Below are positions 27,601 to 42,900 of a stretch of DNA of 64,000 bases, in pieces; position 1 is the first letter of the stretch, and each line of letters starts with the position of its first letter. The notes beneath the pieces are model-generated. The model saw only the letters and a list, made by a program, of their open reading frames with translations, was not told where the DNA came from and did no database searches. Source of the stretch: the human T2T-CHM13v2.0 reference genome, Homo sapiens; the NCBI RefSeq assembly GCF_009914755.1, contig NC_060940.1. The stretch is one strand, 5' to 3'. Both the position numbers and the translations under genes were made by a program.

Positions 27601-30600
27601 CCATTCAATTCCATTCAATGATGATTCTCTTCTATTCCATTCGATGATTCCGGTCGATTCCATTCGATGATGATTCCATTAGATTCCATTCGATTGTTGC
27701 ATTCGATTCCCTTCGATGATGATTCCTTTGAATTCCATTCGATTATCATTCCGTATGAATCCATTTGATGATTATTCCATTGGATTCCTTTCGATGATGA
27801 TTCCATTCGATTCCATTTGATGATGTTTCTCTTGTATTCCATTGGATAATTCCTTTCAGTTCCCTTCGATGATTATTCTTTCGAGTCAATTCGATGATTC
27901 TATTCCATTCCCTTCGATGATGATTCCATTTCACTCCATTTGATGATTCCATTCGACTCAATTTGGTGATGATTCAATTCGATGACATTCGATGACTCCA
28001 TTCAATTTCATTTGATGATGATTACATTCGAGTCCATTTGATGATTGTATTCCTTTCCTTTTGATGATTATTCCATTCGTGTCTATTCAAAGATTCCATT
28101 CTATTCCATTCAATGATGATTGCATTTGATTCCATTCAATGATTATGGCTATCGATTCCACTCGTTGATTCCATTTGATTCCGTTCGATGATTATTCCGT
28201 TAGATTCCATTAGAAGATTCCATTCGATTTTATTCAATGATTCCAATGGATTCCATTCAATGATGATTCCATTCGACTCCATTCAGTGATTCCATTCGAG
28301 TCCATTTGATGATTCCATTCTTTTCCATTTGATGATGATTCCATTAGGGTCCATTCAATGATTCCATTCGAGTCCATTCGTTAATGCCTTTCGAGTCCTT
28401 TTGATCACTACATTCGAGTCCATTCAATGATTCTATTCGATTCCATTCCATGATGATTCCATTCGAGTTCATTCGATGATTGCATTCGAGTCCATTTGAT
28501 GATTCCATATGATTCCCTTCGACAATGATTCCATTCGTGTCCATTTGATGATTCCATTCATTTCCTATCGATGAAGATTCCATTCAAGTGTATTCGATGA
28601 TTCCATTCAAATCCATTCGATGATGATTCCATTCCAGTCCATTCGATCATTCCACTTGATTCCATTTGATGACTATTCCATTCAAATCCATTTGATGATT
28701 CCATTCGATTCCATTCGATGTTACCATTCGAGTATATACGATGATTCCACTCGATTCCATTTGATGATTATTCCATTGGAGTCCACTTAGTGAATCCTTT
28801 AGATTCTACTCGAAGATGATTCCATTCGAGTCCATTCGATGATACCATTCAATTCCATTCGTTGATGCTTCCATTCAAGTGCATTCGATGATATCATTCG
28901 ATTCCATTTGATGATAATTCCATTTGATTCCATGCGATGATTCTATTCGATTCCATTCAATGATAATTCCATTCAATTCAGTGATTCCTCTGGACTCCAT
29001 TTGATGATGATTCCATTCAATGATTCCATTCGATTCTATTCGAAAATGATTCCATTTGAATCCATTTGATGATGATTCCATTGGATTCCATTTGATGATT
29101 CCATTCGATTCCATTCGATGATGATTCCATTCGATTCCTTTTGATGATTCCATTCTATTGTATTCGATGATGATTCCATTCGATTCCATTCGATGATGAT
29201 TGGATTCGATTCCATTTGATGATTTCATTTGATTCCATTCGATAATGATTTCGATCAATTCCATTCGATGATTCCATTCGATTCCATTCGATAATGATTA
29301 CATCCGAGTCCATTCGATGATTCCATTTGAGTCCGTTCGATAATTCCATTTGAGTCCAATCAATGATTCCATTCATTTCCATTCAATGATTCCATTCGAG
29401 TCCATTTGATCATTCCGGTAGGGTCCGTTCGATGTTGATTCCATTGGAGTGCATTCGATGATTCCATTCGAGTCCATTTTATGATTTGATTCGAGTCCTT
29501 TCGATGATTCCATTCGATTCCACTTGATGATGATTTCATTCGAGTCCATTCGACACTTCCAATCGATTCCATTTGATGTTTCCATTCGAGTCCAATTGAT
29601 GATTCCATTCAATTCCATTCGATGATGATTCCGTACGATTCCATTCTGTGATGATTCCATGTGATTGCATTCCATGATGATTCCTTTCGATTGCATTCGA
29701 TTATGATTCATTTCGTGTTCATTCTATGGTTCCACAGGTTTCCATTCGATGACGTTTCCGTTCGTGTCCATTCCATTATTCCATTCTATTTCATTTGATG
29801 ATGATTCCATTCGATTCCATTCATTGGTGATTCCACTCAATTCCATTCAATGATTCCATTCCATTTCTTTCAACAATGATTCCATTAGTTTCTATTCGAT
29901 GATCCACTTGATTCCATTTGGCGATGATTCCATTCGTGTCCATTCGATGATTCCATTTGATTCCATATGATGATGATTCCATTCGATTCCATACCATGAT
30001 GATTCCATTCGGGTCCATTCAATGGTGATTCCATTCAATTCCATTCGATGATTCCTTCCGATTCCATTCGATGATGATGGCATTCGATTCCTTTCAATCA
30101 TTCCCTTTGATTCCATTCAAAGGTGATTTCATTCAAGTCCATTCGATAATTGCATTCGATTCCATTCTATGATGATTCCATTCGAGTCCATTTGATGATT
30201 CCATTCAATTCAAGTCAATGATGATTCCATTCAATTCCACTCGATGATTCCATTGGATTCCATTCGATGATGATTCCATTCAAATCCATTCGATAATTCA
30301 ATTCAAGTCCATTCGATGATGATTCCAATCGAATCCATTCAAAGATTCCATTCAATTCCATTCGATGATGATTCCCTTAGATTCCATTCGATGATTCCAC
30401 TTGATTCCATTTACGATGATTCCATTCGATTCCATGTGATGAATCCATTCAATTCTATTCAATGATGTTTCCATTTGATTCCATTGGACCATGATTGCCT
30501 TTGATTCCATTCAATGATTCCATTCGGTTCCATTTGATGATGATTCCGTTCGATTCCATTTCATTATTCCATTTGATTCCATTGGATGAGTCCATTCGAT

Positions 30601-33600
30601 TACATTCGATGATTATTCCATTCGAGTGCATTAGATGATTGCATTCGAGTCCATTCGATGATTCCATTCGATTCCATTCGATGTTGATTCTGTTCAAATC
30701 CATTCGATGATTCCACTCAATTCCAATCGATGACTCCATTTGATCCCATTCGATGATTTCCTGTGATTCCCTTTGATGATCATTCTATTTGATTCAATTC
30801 GGTGATTTCATTTCATTCCATTCAGTGATGTTTCCATTCGACTGTATTCGATGATGATTCCATTCGACTCCATTCGATTATGATTTCATTCAATTCCATT
30901 CAATAATGATTCCCTTCGAGTCCATTCGATGATTCCATTCGATTCCATTCAACGATGATTTGATTCGTTTCCATTCGATGATTCCATTTGATTCCACTTG
31001 ATGATGATTCCATTCGAGTCCATTTGATGATTCCATTCGAGTCTATTTATGTATTATATTCGTGTCCACTTCATGATTCCATTCAATTCCATTTAATGTT
31101 GATTCCATTTGATTCCATTTGATGATTCAGTTCGATTCCTTGCAATGATTCCCTACGATTCCTTTCTCTGATGATTCCATTCGATTCCATTCATTGATGA
31201 TTTCATTCGACTCCATTCGATGATGATTCCTTTCGATTCCATTTGACGATGTTTCCATTCGAGTCCATTCGATGATGATTCTATTCAATTCTGTTCTATT
31301 ATGATTCCATTCGATTTCATTCAATGCTTCTATTTGATTCCATTCGATGATGATTCCATCTCTTTCCCTTCGATGATTCCATTTGATTCCATTCAGTGAT
31401 GATTCCATTTGATTCCATCTGATGATGATTTCACTTGATTCCTTTCAATGATGATTCAATTCAAGTCCATTCTATGATTCCATTGGAGTCCAAACGATCA
31501 TTCCGTTCGATTCCATTCAATGGTGATTCCATTCATGTCCATTCGATGAATCCATTCAATTCCATTCGATGATGACTCCATTCGAGTACATTCGATGATT
31601 CCATTTGATTCCATTTGAAGATGATTCCATTCAATTCCATTCGAAGATGATTCCATTCAATTCCATTCGATGATGATTCCGTATGAATCCATTCTCTGAT
31701 TATTCCATTCGATTCCATTCATTGACGATTCCATTCAATTCCATTCAATGATGATTCTCTTCTATTCCATTCGATGATTCCGGTCAATTCCATTCGATGA
31801 TGATTCCATTAGATTCCATTCGATTGTTGCATTCGATTCCCTTCGATGATGATTCCTTTGAATTCCATTCGATTATCATTCCGTATGAATCCATTTGATG
31901 ATTATTCCATTGGATTCCTTTCGATGATGATTCCATTCGATTCCATTTGATGATGTTTCTCTTGTATTCCATTGGATAATTCCTTTCAGTTCCCTTCGAT
32001 GATTATTCTTTCGAGTCAATTCGATGATTCTATTCCATTCCCTTCGATGATGATTCCATTTCACTCCATTTGATGATTCCATTCGACTCAATTTGGTGAT
32101 GATTCAATTCGATGACATTCGATGACTCCATTCAATTTCATTTGATGATGATTACATTCGAGTCCATTTGATGATTGTATTCCTTTCCTTTTGATGATTA
32201 TTCCATTCGTGTCTATTCAAAGATTCCATTCTATTCCATTCAATGATGATTGCATTTGATTCCATTCAATGATTATGGCTATCGATTCCACTCGTTGATT
32301 CCATTTGATTCCGTTCGATGATTATTCCGTTAGATTCCATTAGAAGATTCCATTCGATTTTATTCAATGATTCCAATGGATTCCATTCAATGATGATTCC
32401 ATTCGACTCCATTCAGTGATTCCATTCGAGTCCATTTGATGATTCCATTCTTTTCCATTTGATGATGATTCCATTAGGGTCCATTCAATGATTCCATTCG
32501 AGTCCATTCGTTAATGCCTTTCGAGTCCTTTTGATCACTACATTCGAGTCCATTCAATGATTCTATTCGATTCCATTCCATGATGATTCCATTCGAGTTC
32601 ATTCGATGATTGCATTCGAGTCCATTTGATGATTCCATATGATTCCCTTCGACAATGATTCCATTCGTGTCCATTTGATGATTCCATTCATTTCCTATCG
32701 ATGAAGATTCCATTCAAGTGTATTCGATGATTCCATTCAAATCCATTCGATGATGATTCCATTCCAGTCCATTCGATCATTCCACTTGATTCCATTTGAT
32801 GACTATTCCATTCAAATCCATTTGATGATTCCATTCGATTCCATTCGATGTTACCATTCGAGTATATACGATGATTCCACTCGATTCCATTTGATGATTA
32901 TTCCATTGGAGTCGACTTAGTGAATCCTTTAGATTCTACTCGAAGATGATTCCATTCGAGTCCATTCGATGATACCATTCAATTCCATTCGTTGATGCTT
33001 CCATTCAAGTGCATTCGATGATATCATTCGATTCCATTTGATGATAATTCCATTTGATTCCATGCGATGATTCTATTCGATTCCATTCAATGATAATTCC
33101 ATTCAATTCAGTGATTCCTCTGGACTCCATTTGATGATGATTCCATTCAATGATTCCATTCGATTCTATTCGAAAATGATTCCATTTGAATCCATTTGAT
33201 GATGATTCCATTGGATTCCATTTGATGATTCCATTCGATTCCATTCGATGATGATTCCATTCGATTCCTTTTGATGATTCCATTCTATTGTATTCGATGA
33301 TGATTCCATTCGATTCCATTCGATGATGATTGGATTCGATTCCATTTGATGATTTCATTTGATTCCATTCGATAATGATTTCGATCAATTCCATTCGATG
33401 ATTCCATTCGATTCCATTCGATAATGATTACATCCGAGTCCATTCGATGATTCCATTTGAGCCCGTTCGATAATTCCATTTGAGTCCAATCAATGATTCC
33501 ATTCATTTCCATTCAATGATTTCATTCGAGTCCATTTGATCATTCCGGTAGGGTCCGTTCGATGTTGATTCCATTGGAGTGCATTCGATGATTCCATTCG

Positions 33601-36600
33601 AGTCCATTTTATGATTTGATTCGAGTCCTTTCGATGATTCCATTCGATTCCACTCGATGATGATTTCATTCGAGTCCATTCGACACTTCCAATCGATTCC
33701 ATTTGATGTTTCCATTCGAGTCCAATTGATGATTCCATTCAATTCCATTCGATGATGATTCCGTACGATTCCATTCTGTGATGATTCCATGTGATTGCAT
33801 TCCATGATGATTCCTTTCGATTGCATTCGATTATGATTCATTTCGTGTTCATTCTATGGTTCCACAGGTTTCCATTCGATGACGTTTCCGTTCGTGTCCA
33901 TTCCATTATTCCATTCTATTTCATTTGATGATGATTCCATTCGATTCCATTCATTGGTGATTCCACTCAATTCCATTCAATGATTCCATTCCATTTCTTT
34001 CAACAATGATTCCATTAGTTTCTATTCGATGATCCACTTGATTCCATTTGGCGATGATTCCATTCGTGTCCATTCGATGATTCCATTTGATTCCATATGA
34101 TGATGATTCCATTCGATTCCATACCATGATGATTCCATTCGGGTCCATTCAATGGTGATTCCATTCAATTCCATTCGATGATTCCTTCCGATTCCATTCG
34201 ATGATGATGGCATTCGATTCCTTTCAATCATTCCCTTTGATTCCATTCAAAGGTGATTTCATTCAAGTCCATTCGATAATTGCATTCGATTCCATTCTAT
34301 GATGATTCCATTCGAGTCCATTTGATGATTCCATTCAATTCAAGTCAATGATGATTCCATTCAATTCCACTCGATGATTCCATTGGATTCCATTCGATGA
34401 TGATTCCATTCAAATCCATTCGATAATTCAATTCAAGTCCATTCGATGATGATTCCAATCGAATCCATTCAAAGATTCCATTCAATTCCATTCGATGATG
34501 ATTCCCTTAGATTCCATTCGATGATTCCACTTGATTCCATTTACGATGATTCCATTCGATTCCATGTGATGAATCCATTCAATTCTATTCAATGATGTTT
34601 CCATTTGATTCCATTGGACCATGATTGCCTTTGATTCCATTCAATGATTCCATTCGGTTCCATTTGATGATGATTCCGTTCGATTCCATTTCATTATTCC
34701 ATTTGATTCCATTGGATGAGTCCATTCGATTACATTCGATGATTATTCCATTCGAGTGCATTAGATGATTGCATTCGAGTCCATTCGATGATTCCATTCG
34801 ATTCCATTCGATGTTGATTCTGTTCAAATCCATTCGATGATTCCACTCAATTCCAATCGATGACTCCATTTGATCCCATTCGATGATTTCCTGTGATTCC
34901 CTTTGATGATCATTCTATTTGATTCAATTCGGTGATTTCATTTCATTCCATTCAGTGATGTTTCCATTCGACTGTATTCGATGATGATTCCATTCGACTC
35001 CATTCGATTATGATTTCATTCAATTCCATTCAATAATGATTCCCTTCGAGTCCATTCGATGATTCCATTCGATTCCATTCAACGATGATTTGATTCGTTT
35101 CCATTCGATGATTCCATTTGATTCCACTTGATGATGATTCCATTCGAGTCCATTTGATGATTCCATTCGAGTCTATTTATGTATTATATTCGTGTCCACT
35201 TCATGATTCCATTCAATTCCATTTAATGTTGATTCCATTTGATTCCATTTGATGATTCAGTTCGATTCCTTGCAATGATTCCCTACGATTCCTTTCTCTG
35301 ATGATTCCATTCGATTCCATTCATTGATGATTTCATTCGACTCCATTCGATGATGATTCCTTTCGATTCCATTTGACGATGTTTCCATTCGAGTCCATTC
35401 GATGATGATTCTATTCAATTCTGTTCTATTATGATTCCATTCGATTTCATTCAATGCTTCTATTTGATTCCATTCGATGATGATTCCATCTCTTTCCCTT
35501 CGATGATTCCATTTGATTCCATTCAGTGATGATTCCATTTGATTCCATCTGATGATGATTTCACTTGATTCCTTTCAATGATGATTCAATTCAAGTCCAT
35601 TCTATGATTCCATTGGAGTCCAAACGATCATTCCGTTCGATTCCATTCAATGGTGATTCCATTCATGTCCATTCGATGAATCCATTCAATTCCATTCGAT
35701 GATGACTCCATTCGAGTACATTCGATGATTCCATTTGATTCCATTTGAAGATGATTCCATTCAATTCCATTCGAAGATGATTCCATTCAATTCCATTCGA
35801 TGATGATTCCGTATGAATCCATTCTCTGATTATTCCATTCGATTCCATTCATTGACGATTCCATTCAATTCCATTCAATGATGATTCTCTTCTATTCCAT
35901 TCGATGATTCCGGTCGATTCCATTCGATGATGATTCCATTAGATTCCATTCGATTGTTGCATTCGATTCCCTTCGATGATGATTCCTTTGAATTCCATTC
36001 GATTATCATTCCGTATGAATCCATTTGATGATTATTCCATTGGATTCCTTTCGATGATGATTCCATTCGATTCCATTTGATGATGTTTCTCTTGTATTCC
36101 ATTGGATAATTCCTTTCAGTTCCCTTCGATGATTATTCTTTCGAGTCAATTCGATGATTCTATTCCATTCCCTTCGATGATGATTCCATTTCACTCCATT
36201 TGATGATTCCATTCGACTCAATTTGGTGATGATTCAATTCGATGACATTCGATGACTCCATTCAATTTCATTTGATGATGATTACATTCGAGTCCATTTG
36301 ATGATTGTATTCCTTTCCTTTTGATGATTATTCCATTCGTGTCTATTCAAAGATTCCATTCTATTCCATTCAATGATGATTGCATTTGATTCCATTCAAT
36401 GATTATGGCTATCGATTCCACTCGTTGATTCCATTTGATTCCGTTCGATGATTATTCCGTTAGATTCCATTAGAAGATTCCATTCGATTTTATTCAATGA
36501 TTCCAATGGATTCCATTCAATGATGATTCCATTCGACTCCATTCAGTGATTCCATTCGAGTCCATTTGATGATTCCATTCTTTTCCATTTGATGATGATT

Positions 36601-36999
36601 CCATTAGGGTCCATTCAATGATTCCATTCGAGTCCATTCGTTAATGCCTTTCGAGTCCTTTTGATCACTACATTCGAGTCCATTCAATGATTCTATTCGA
36701 TTCCATTCCATGATGATTCCATTCGAGTTCATTCGATGATTGCATTCGAGTCCATTTGATGATTCCATATGATTCCCTTCGACAATGATTCCATTCGTGT
36801 CCATTTGATGATTCCATTCATTTCCTATCGATGAAGATTCCATTCAAGTGTATTCGATGATTCCATTCAAATCCATTCGATGATGATTCCATTCCAGTCC
36901 ATTCGATCATTCCACTTGATTCCATTTGATGACTATTCCATTCAAATCCATTTGATGATTCCATTCGATTCCATTCGATGTTACCATTCGAGTATATAC
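24610..36999 (+). repeat. Three tandem, near-identical 4,130-bp A+B units (24610-28739, 28740-32869, 32870-36999)
   Basis: ORF series 25243/29373/33503/37633, 26997/31127/35257 and 28344/32474/36604 all have an exact 4,130 period. B modules are at 26909-28739, 31039-32869 and 35169-36999. Confidence 0.92.
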
Positions 37000-39900
37000 G
37001 ATGATTCCACTCGATTCCATTTGATGATTATTCCATTGGAGTCCACTTAGTGAATCCTTTAGATTCTACTGGAAGATGATTCCATTCGAGTCCATTCGAT
37101 GATACCATTCAATTCCATTCGTTGATGCTTCCATTCAAGTGCATTTGATGATATCATTCGATTCCATTTGATGATAATTCCATTTGATTCCATGCGATGA
37201 TTCTATTCGATTCCATTCAATGATAATTCCATTCAATTCAGTGATTCCTCTGGACTCCATTTGATGATGATTCCATTCAATGATTCCATTCGATTCTATT
37301 CGAAAATGATTCCATTTGAATCCATTTGATGATGATTCCATTGGATTCCATTTGATGATTCCATTCGATTCCATTCGATGATGATTCCATTCGATTCCTT
37401 TTGATGATTCCATTCTATTGTATTCGATGATGATTCCATTCGATTCCATTCGATGATGATTGGATTCGATTCCATTTGATGATTTCATTTGATTCCATTC
37501 GATAATGATTTCGATCAATTCCATTCGATGATTCCATTCGATTCCATTCGATAATGATTACATCCGAGTCCATTCGATGATTCCATTTGAGCCCGTTCGA
37601 TAATTCCATTTGAGTCCAATCAATGATTCCATTCATTTCCATTCAATGATTCCATTCGAGTCCATTTGATCATTCCGGTAGGGTCCGTTCGATGTTGATT
37701 CCATTGGAGTGCATTCGATGATTCCATTCGAGTCCATTTTAGGATTTGATTCGAGTCCTTTCGATGATTCCATTCGATTCCACTCGATGATTTCATTCGA
37801 GTCCATTCGACACTTCCAATCGATTCCATTTGATGATTCCATTCGAGTCCAATTGATGATTCCATTCAATTCCATTCGATGATGATTCCGTACGATTCCA
37901 TTCTGTGATGATTCCATGTGATTGCATTCAATGATGATTCCTTTCGATTGCATTCGATTATGATTCATTTCGTGTTCATTCTATGGTTCCACAGGTTTCC
38001 ATTCGATGATGTTTCCATTCGTGTCCATTCCATTTTTCCATTCTATTCCATTTGAAGATGATTCCATTCGATTCCATTCATTGGTGATTCCACTCAATTC
38101 CATTCAATGATTCCATTCCATTTCTTTCAACAATGATTCCATTAGTTTCTATTCGATGATCCACTTGATTCCATTTGACGATGATTCCATTCGTGTCCAT
38201 TCGATGATTCCATTTGATTCCATATGATGATGATTCCATTCGATTCCATACGATGATGATTCCATTCGAGTCCATTCAATGGTGATTCCATTCAATTCCA
38301 TTCGATGATTCCTTTCGATTCCATTCAATGATGATGGCATTCGATTCCTTTCGATCATTCCCTTTGATTCCATTCAAAGGTGATTTCATTCAAGTCCATT
38401 CGATAATTGCATTCGATTCCATTCTATGATGATTCCATTCGAGTCCATTTGATGATTCCATTCAATTCAAGTCAATGATGATTCCATTCGATTCCACTCG
38501 ATGATTCCATTGGATTCCATTCGATGATGATTCCATTCAAATCCATTCGATAATTCAATTCAAGTCCATTCGATGATGATTCCAATCGAATCCATTCAAA
38601 GATTCCACTCAATTCCATTCGATGATGATTCCCTTAGATTCCATTCGATGATTCCACTTGATTCCATTTACGATGATTCCATTCGATTCCATGTGATGAT
38701 TCCATTCAATTCTATTCAATGATGTTTCCACTTGATTCCATTCGAACATGATTGCCTTTGATTCCATTCAATGATTCCATACGGTTCCATTTGATGATGA
38801 TTCCATTGGAGTGCATTAGATGATTCCATCCGAGTCCATTTGATGATTCCATTCGATTCCATTCGATGTTGATTCTGTTCAAATCCATTCGATGATTCCA
38901 CTCGATTCCATTCGATGACTCCATTTGATCCCATTCGATGATTTCCTTTGATTCCCTTTGATGATCATTCCATTTGATTCAATTCGGTGATTTCATTTGA
39001 TTCCATTCAGTGATGTTTCCATTCAACTCCTTTCGATGATGATTCCATTCGACTCCATTCGATTATGATTTCATTCAATTCCATTCGATAATGATTCCCT
39101 TCAAGTCCATTCGATGATTCCATTCGATTCCATTCAACGATGATTTGATTCGTGTCCATTCGATGATTCCATTTGATTCCATTTGATGATGATTCCATTC
39201 GAGTCCCTTTGATGATTCCATTCAATTCCATTCTCCGATGATTTCTTCTGAGCCCATTCAATGCTTCCACTCGATTCCATATGATGATGACTCCATTTGA
39301 TGAAATTCCATGATGATTCCATTCGCTTGCATTCGATGATGATTCCACTTGAGTCCGTTAGAAGATTCTATTCAATTACATTCCATGACGATTCTGTTCG
39401 AGTCCATTTGATGATTCCATTAGACTCCATTCGACGATGATTCCATTCGATGTTATTCGATGATGATTCCATTCAACTCCATTCGATGTTTCCATTCGAG
39501 GTCATTCTATTATTCCATTAGATTCCATTCGATGATGATTCCATTCGATTCCATTTGATGATTGCATTCTATTTCATTTGATGATGATTCCATTCGAGTC
39601 CATTCGATGATTCCATTCGAGTCCATTTAATGAATCCATTGGTTTCAATTCTATGATGATTACATTGGATTCCATTCGTTGATGATTTCATTCGATTCCA
39701 TTCAATGATGATTCCATTCAATTCCATTCAATGATTCCATTCAATTCCATACGATGATGATTCCATTGGATTTGATTCCACAGTGAGCCATTCGATTCAA
39801 TTCCATGATGATTCTATTTTATTCAATAGGTTGACATTTCCATTCGATTCCATTCGATGATGATTCCCTTTGATTCCATTCAAAGCTGATTCCATTCTAG

Positions 39901-42900
39901 CCCATTCAATCATTCCATTCGATTCTATTCAATGATGATTCCATTCATGTCGATTTGGTGATTCCATTTGACTTCATTTGATGATGATTCTTTTCAAGTT
40001 CATTAGATGATTCCATTCGATTCCATTTGATGATGATCCCATTCGAGTCCATTTGATGATTCCACTCGTTTCCATTCCATGATGATTCCATTCCATTCCA
40101 TTCAATGATTCCATTCGATTCCGTTTGATGATGATTTCATTCGAGTCCATTTCATGATTCCATTTGATTCCATTCGATGATGATTACATTCGAGTCCATA
40201 CGATGATTCCACTCAATTCCATATGATGATGATTCCATTCGATTCCATTCGATGATTCCACTTGATTCCATTTACGATGATTCCATTCGATTCCATGTGA
40301 TGATTCCATTCAGTTCTATTCAATGCTGTTTCCATTTGATTCCATTCGACCATGATTGCCTTTGATTCCATTCAATGACTCCATTCGGTTCCTTTTGATT
40401 ATGATTCCGTTCGATTCCATTTCATTATTCCATTTGATTCCATTGGATGAGTCCATTCGATTACATTCGATGATTATTCCATTCGAGTGCATTAGATGAT
40501 TCCATTCGAGTCCATTCGATGATTCCATTCGATTCCATTCGATGTTGATTCTGTTCAAATCCATTCGATGATTCCACTCGATTCCATTCGATGACTCCAG
40601 TTGATCCCATTCGATGATTTCCTTTGATTCCCTTTGATGATCATTCCATTTGATTCAATTCGGTGATTTCATTTGATTCCATTCAGTGATGTTTCCATTC
40701 GACTCCATTCGATGATGATTCCATTCGACTCCATTCGATTATGATTTCATTCAATTCCATTCGATAATGATTCCCTTCGAGTCCATTCGATGATTCCATT
40801 CGATTCCATTCAACGATGATTTGATTCGTGTCCATTCGATGATTCCATTTGATTCCACTTGATGATGATTCCATTCGAGTCCATTTGATGATTCCATTCA
40901 ATTCCATTCTCCGATGATTTCTTTTGAGCCCATTCAATGCTTCCACTCGATTCCATATGATGATGACTCCATTCGATGAAATTCAATGATGATTCCCTTT
41001 GATTCCATTCAAAGATGATTCCATTCTAGCCCATTCAATCATTCCATTCGATTCTATTCAATGATGATTCCATTCATGTCGATTTGGTGATTCCATTTGA
41101 CTTCATTTGATGATGATTCCTTTCAAGTTCATTAGATGATTCCATTCGATTCCATTTGATGATGATCCCATTGGAGTCCATTCAGTGATTCCACTCGTTT
41201 CCATTCCATGATGATTCCATTCCATTCCATTCAATGATTCCATTCGATTCCGTTTGATGATGATTTCATTCGAGTCCATTTGATGATTCCATTGGATTCC
41301 ATTCGATGATGATTCCATTCGAGTCCATTCGATGATTCTATTCGAATCCATTTGATGATTTCTTTTGATTATAGTTGGTGATGATTCCATTGGAGTCCAT
41401 TCAATGATTCCATTCGATTCCAATCGATGGTGATTCCATTAGAGTCCATTTAACGATTCCATTTGATTCCAGTCTCTGATGATTACATTCGAGTCCATAC
41501 GATGATTCCACTCAATTCCATATGATGATGATTCCATTCTATTCCATTCGATGATTCCATTCTATTCTATTCAATGGTGATTCCATTCGAGTACATTAGA
41601 TGATTCCATTCGATTCCATTCAATGATGATTCTATTTGTGTCCCTTAGATGGTTCCACATGATTCCATTTCATGATGATACTATTTGAGCCCATCCAATG
41701 ACTCCCTTCGATTCCATTCGATGAGGATTCCATTCGATTCAATTCATTGGTGATTCTATTCAATTCAATTCTTTGATTCCATTCCATTCCATTCGAAAAT
41801 GATTCCATTCGATTTCTTTCGATGATTCCACTCGATTCCACTTGACATTGATTCCATTCGATTCCATTCAATGATTCCGTTTGATTCCAGTGGATGATGA
41901 TTGCCGTCAATTCCATTCGATCACTCCATTCTATTCCATTTGATGATGATTACATTCGATTCCATTTGATGATTCCATCTGATTCTATTCGAGGATTCCA
42001 TTTGATTCCATTCGATGATGATTCCATTCGAGTGCATTCGATGATTTCATTCGAGTACATCCAATGATTCCATTCGAGTCCATTTGATGATTCCATTTGA
42101 TTCCATTTGATTATGATTCTACTAGAGTCCATTCAATGACTCCATTCGAATCCATTCAACAATTCCATTCGAGGCCATTCGTTGATTCCATTTCATGATT
42201 CCATTCGAGTCCATTTAATCATTACAGTCGAGTCCATTTGGTGATTCCACTGGATTTCTTTTGATAATGATACCATTCAATTACATTTGATGATGATCCC
42301 ATTCAATTTCATTTGATGGTGATTCCATTAGAGTCCATTCGATGATTTCATTCGAGTCCCTTCATTGATTCCATCCGATTTTTTTGGATGATGACTCCAT
42401 TCGAGTCCATTCGATGATTCCATTCGATTCCATTAGATGATTCCATTGGAGTCCATTTGATTGTTCCATTCGATTCTATTCGATTCCTTTCGAAGATTAT
42501 TCCATTTGAGTCCATTCGATGATGATTCCATTCCATTCCATTCGATGATTCCGTTTGATTCCATTCGATGATTCCCTTCGATTCCATTCTTTGATGATTC
42601 CATTCCATTCCATTCAATGATTCCATTCGAATCTATTCCATGATGATTCCTTTCGATTCCATTCGCTGATGTTTCCGTTCAATTCCATTCGATGATGATT
42701 CCATTCGATTCCATTCATTGAGGATTCCATTTGATTCCATTCAATGATGATTCCATTCTATTCCATTCAATGATTGCATTCAATTCCATTCAATGATTAT
42801 CCCATTAGAGTAAACTCAACGATTCCATTCAATACCATTCGATGATGATTCCTTTTGAGTCCATTCAATGATTTCATTCAAGTCCATTTGATGATTCCTT

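Noticed and set aside
40261-41559. The 1,299-bp insert as a mobile element with target-site duplication
   Set aside because: It is entirely HSat2 module sequence with no terminal repeats or coding capacity; the flanking direct repeat is ordinary module homology.
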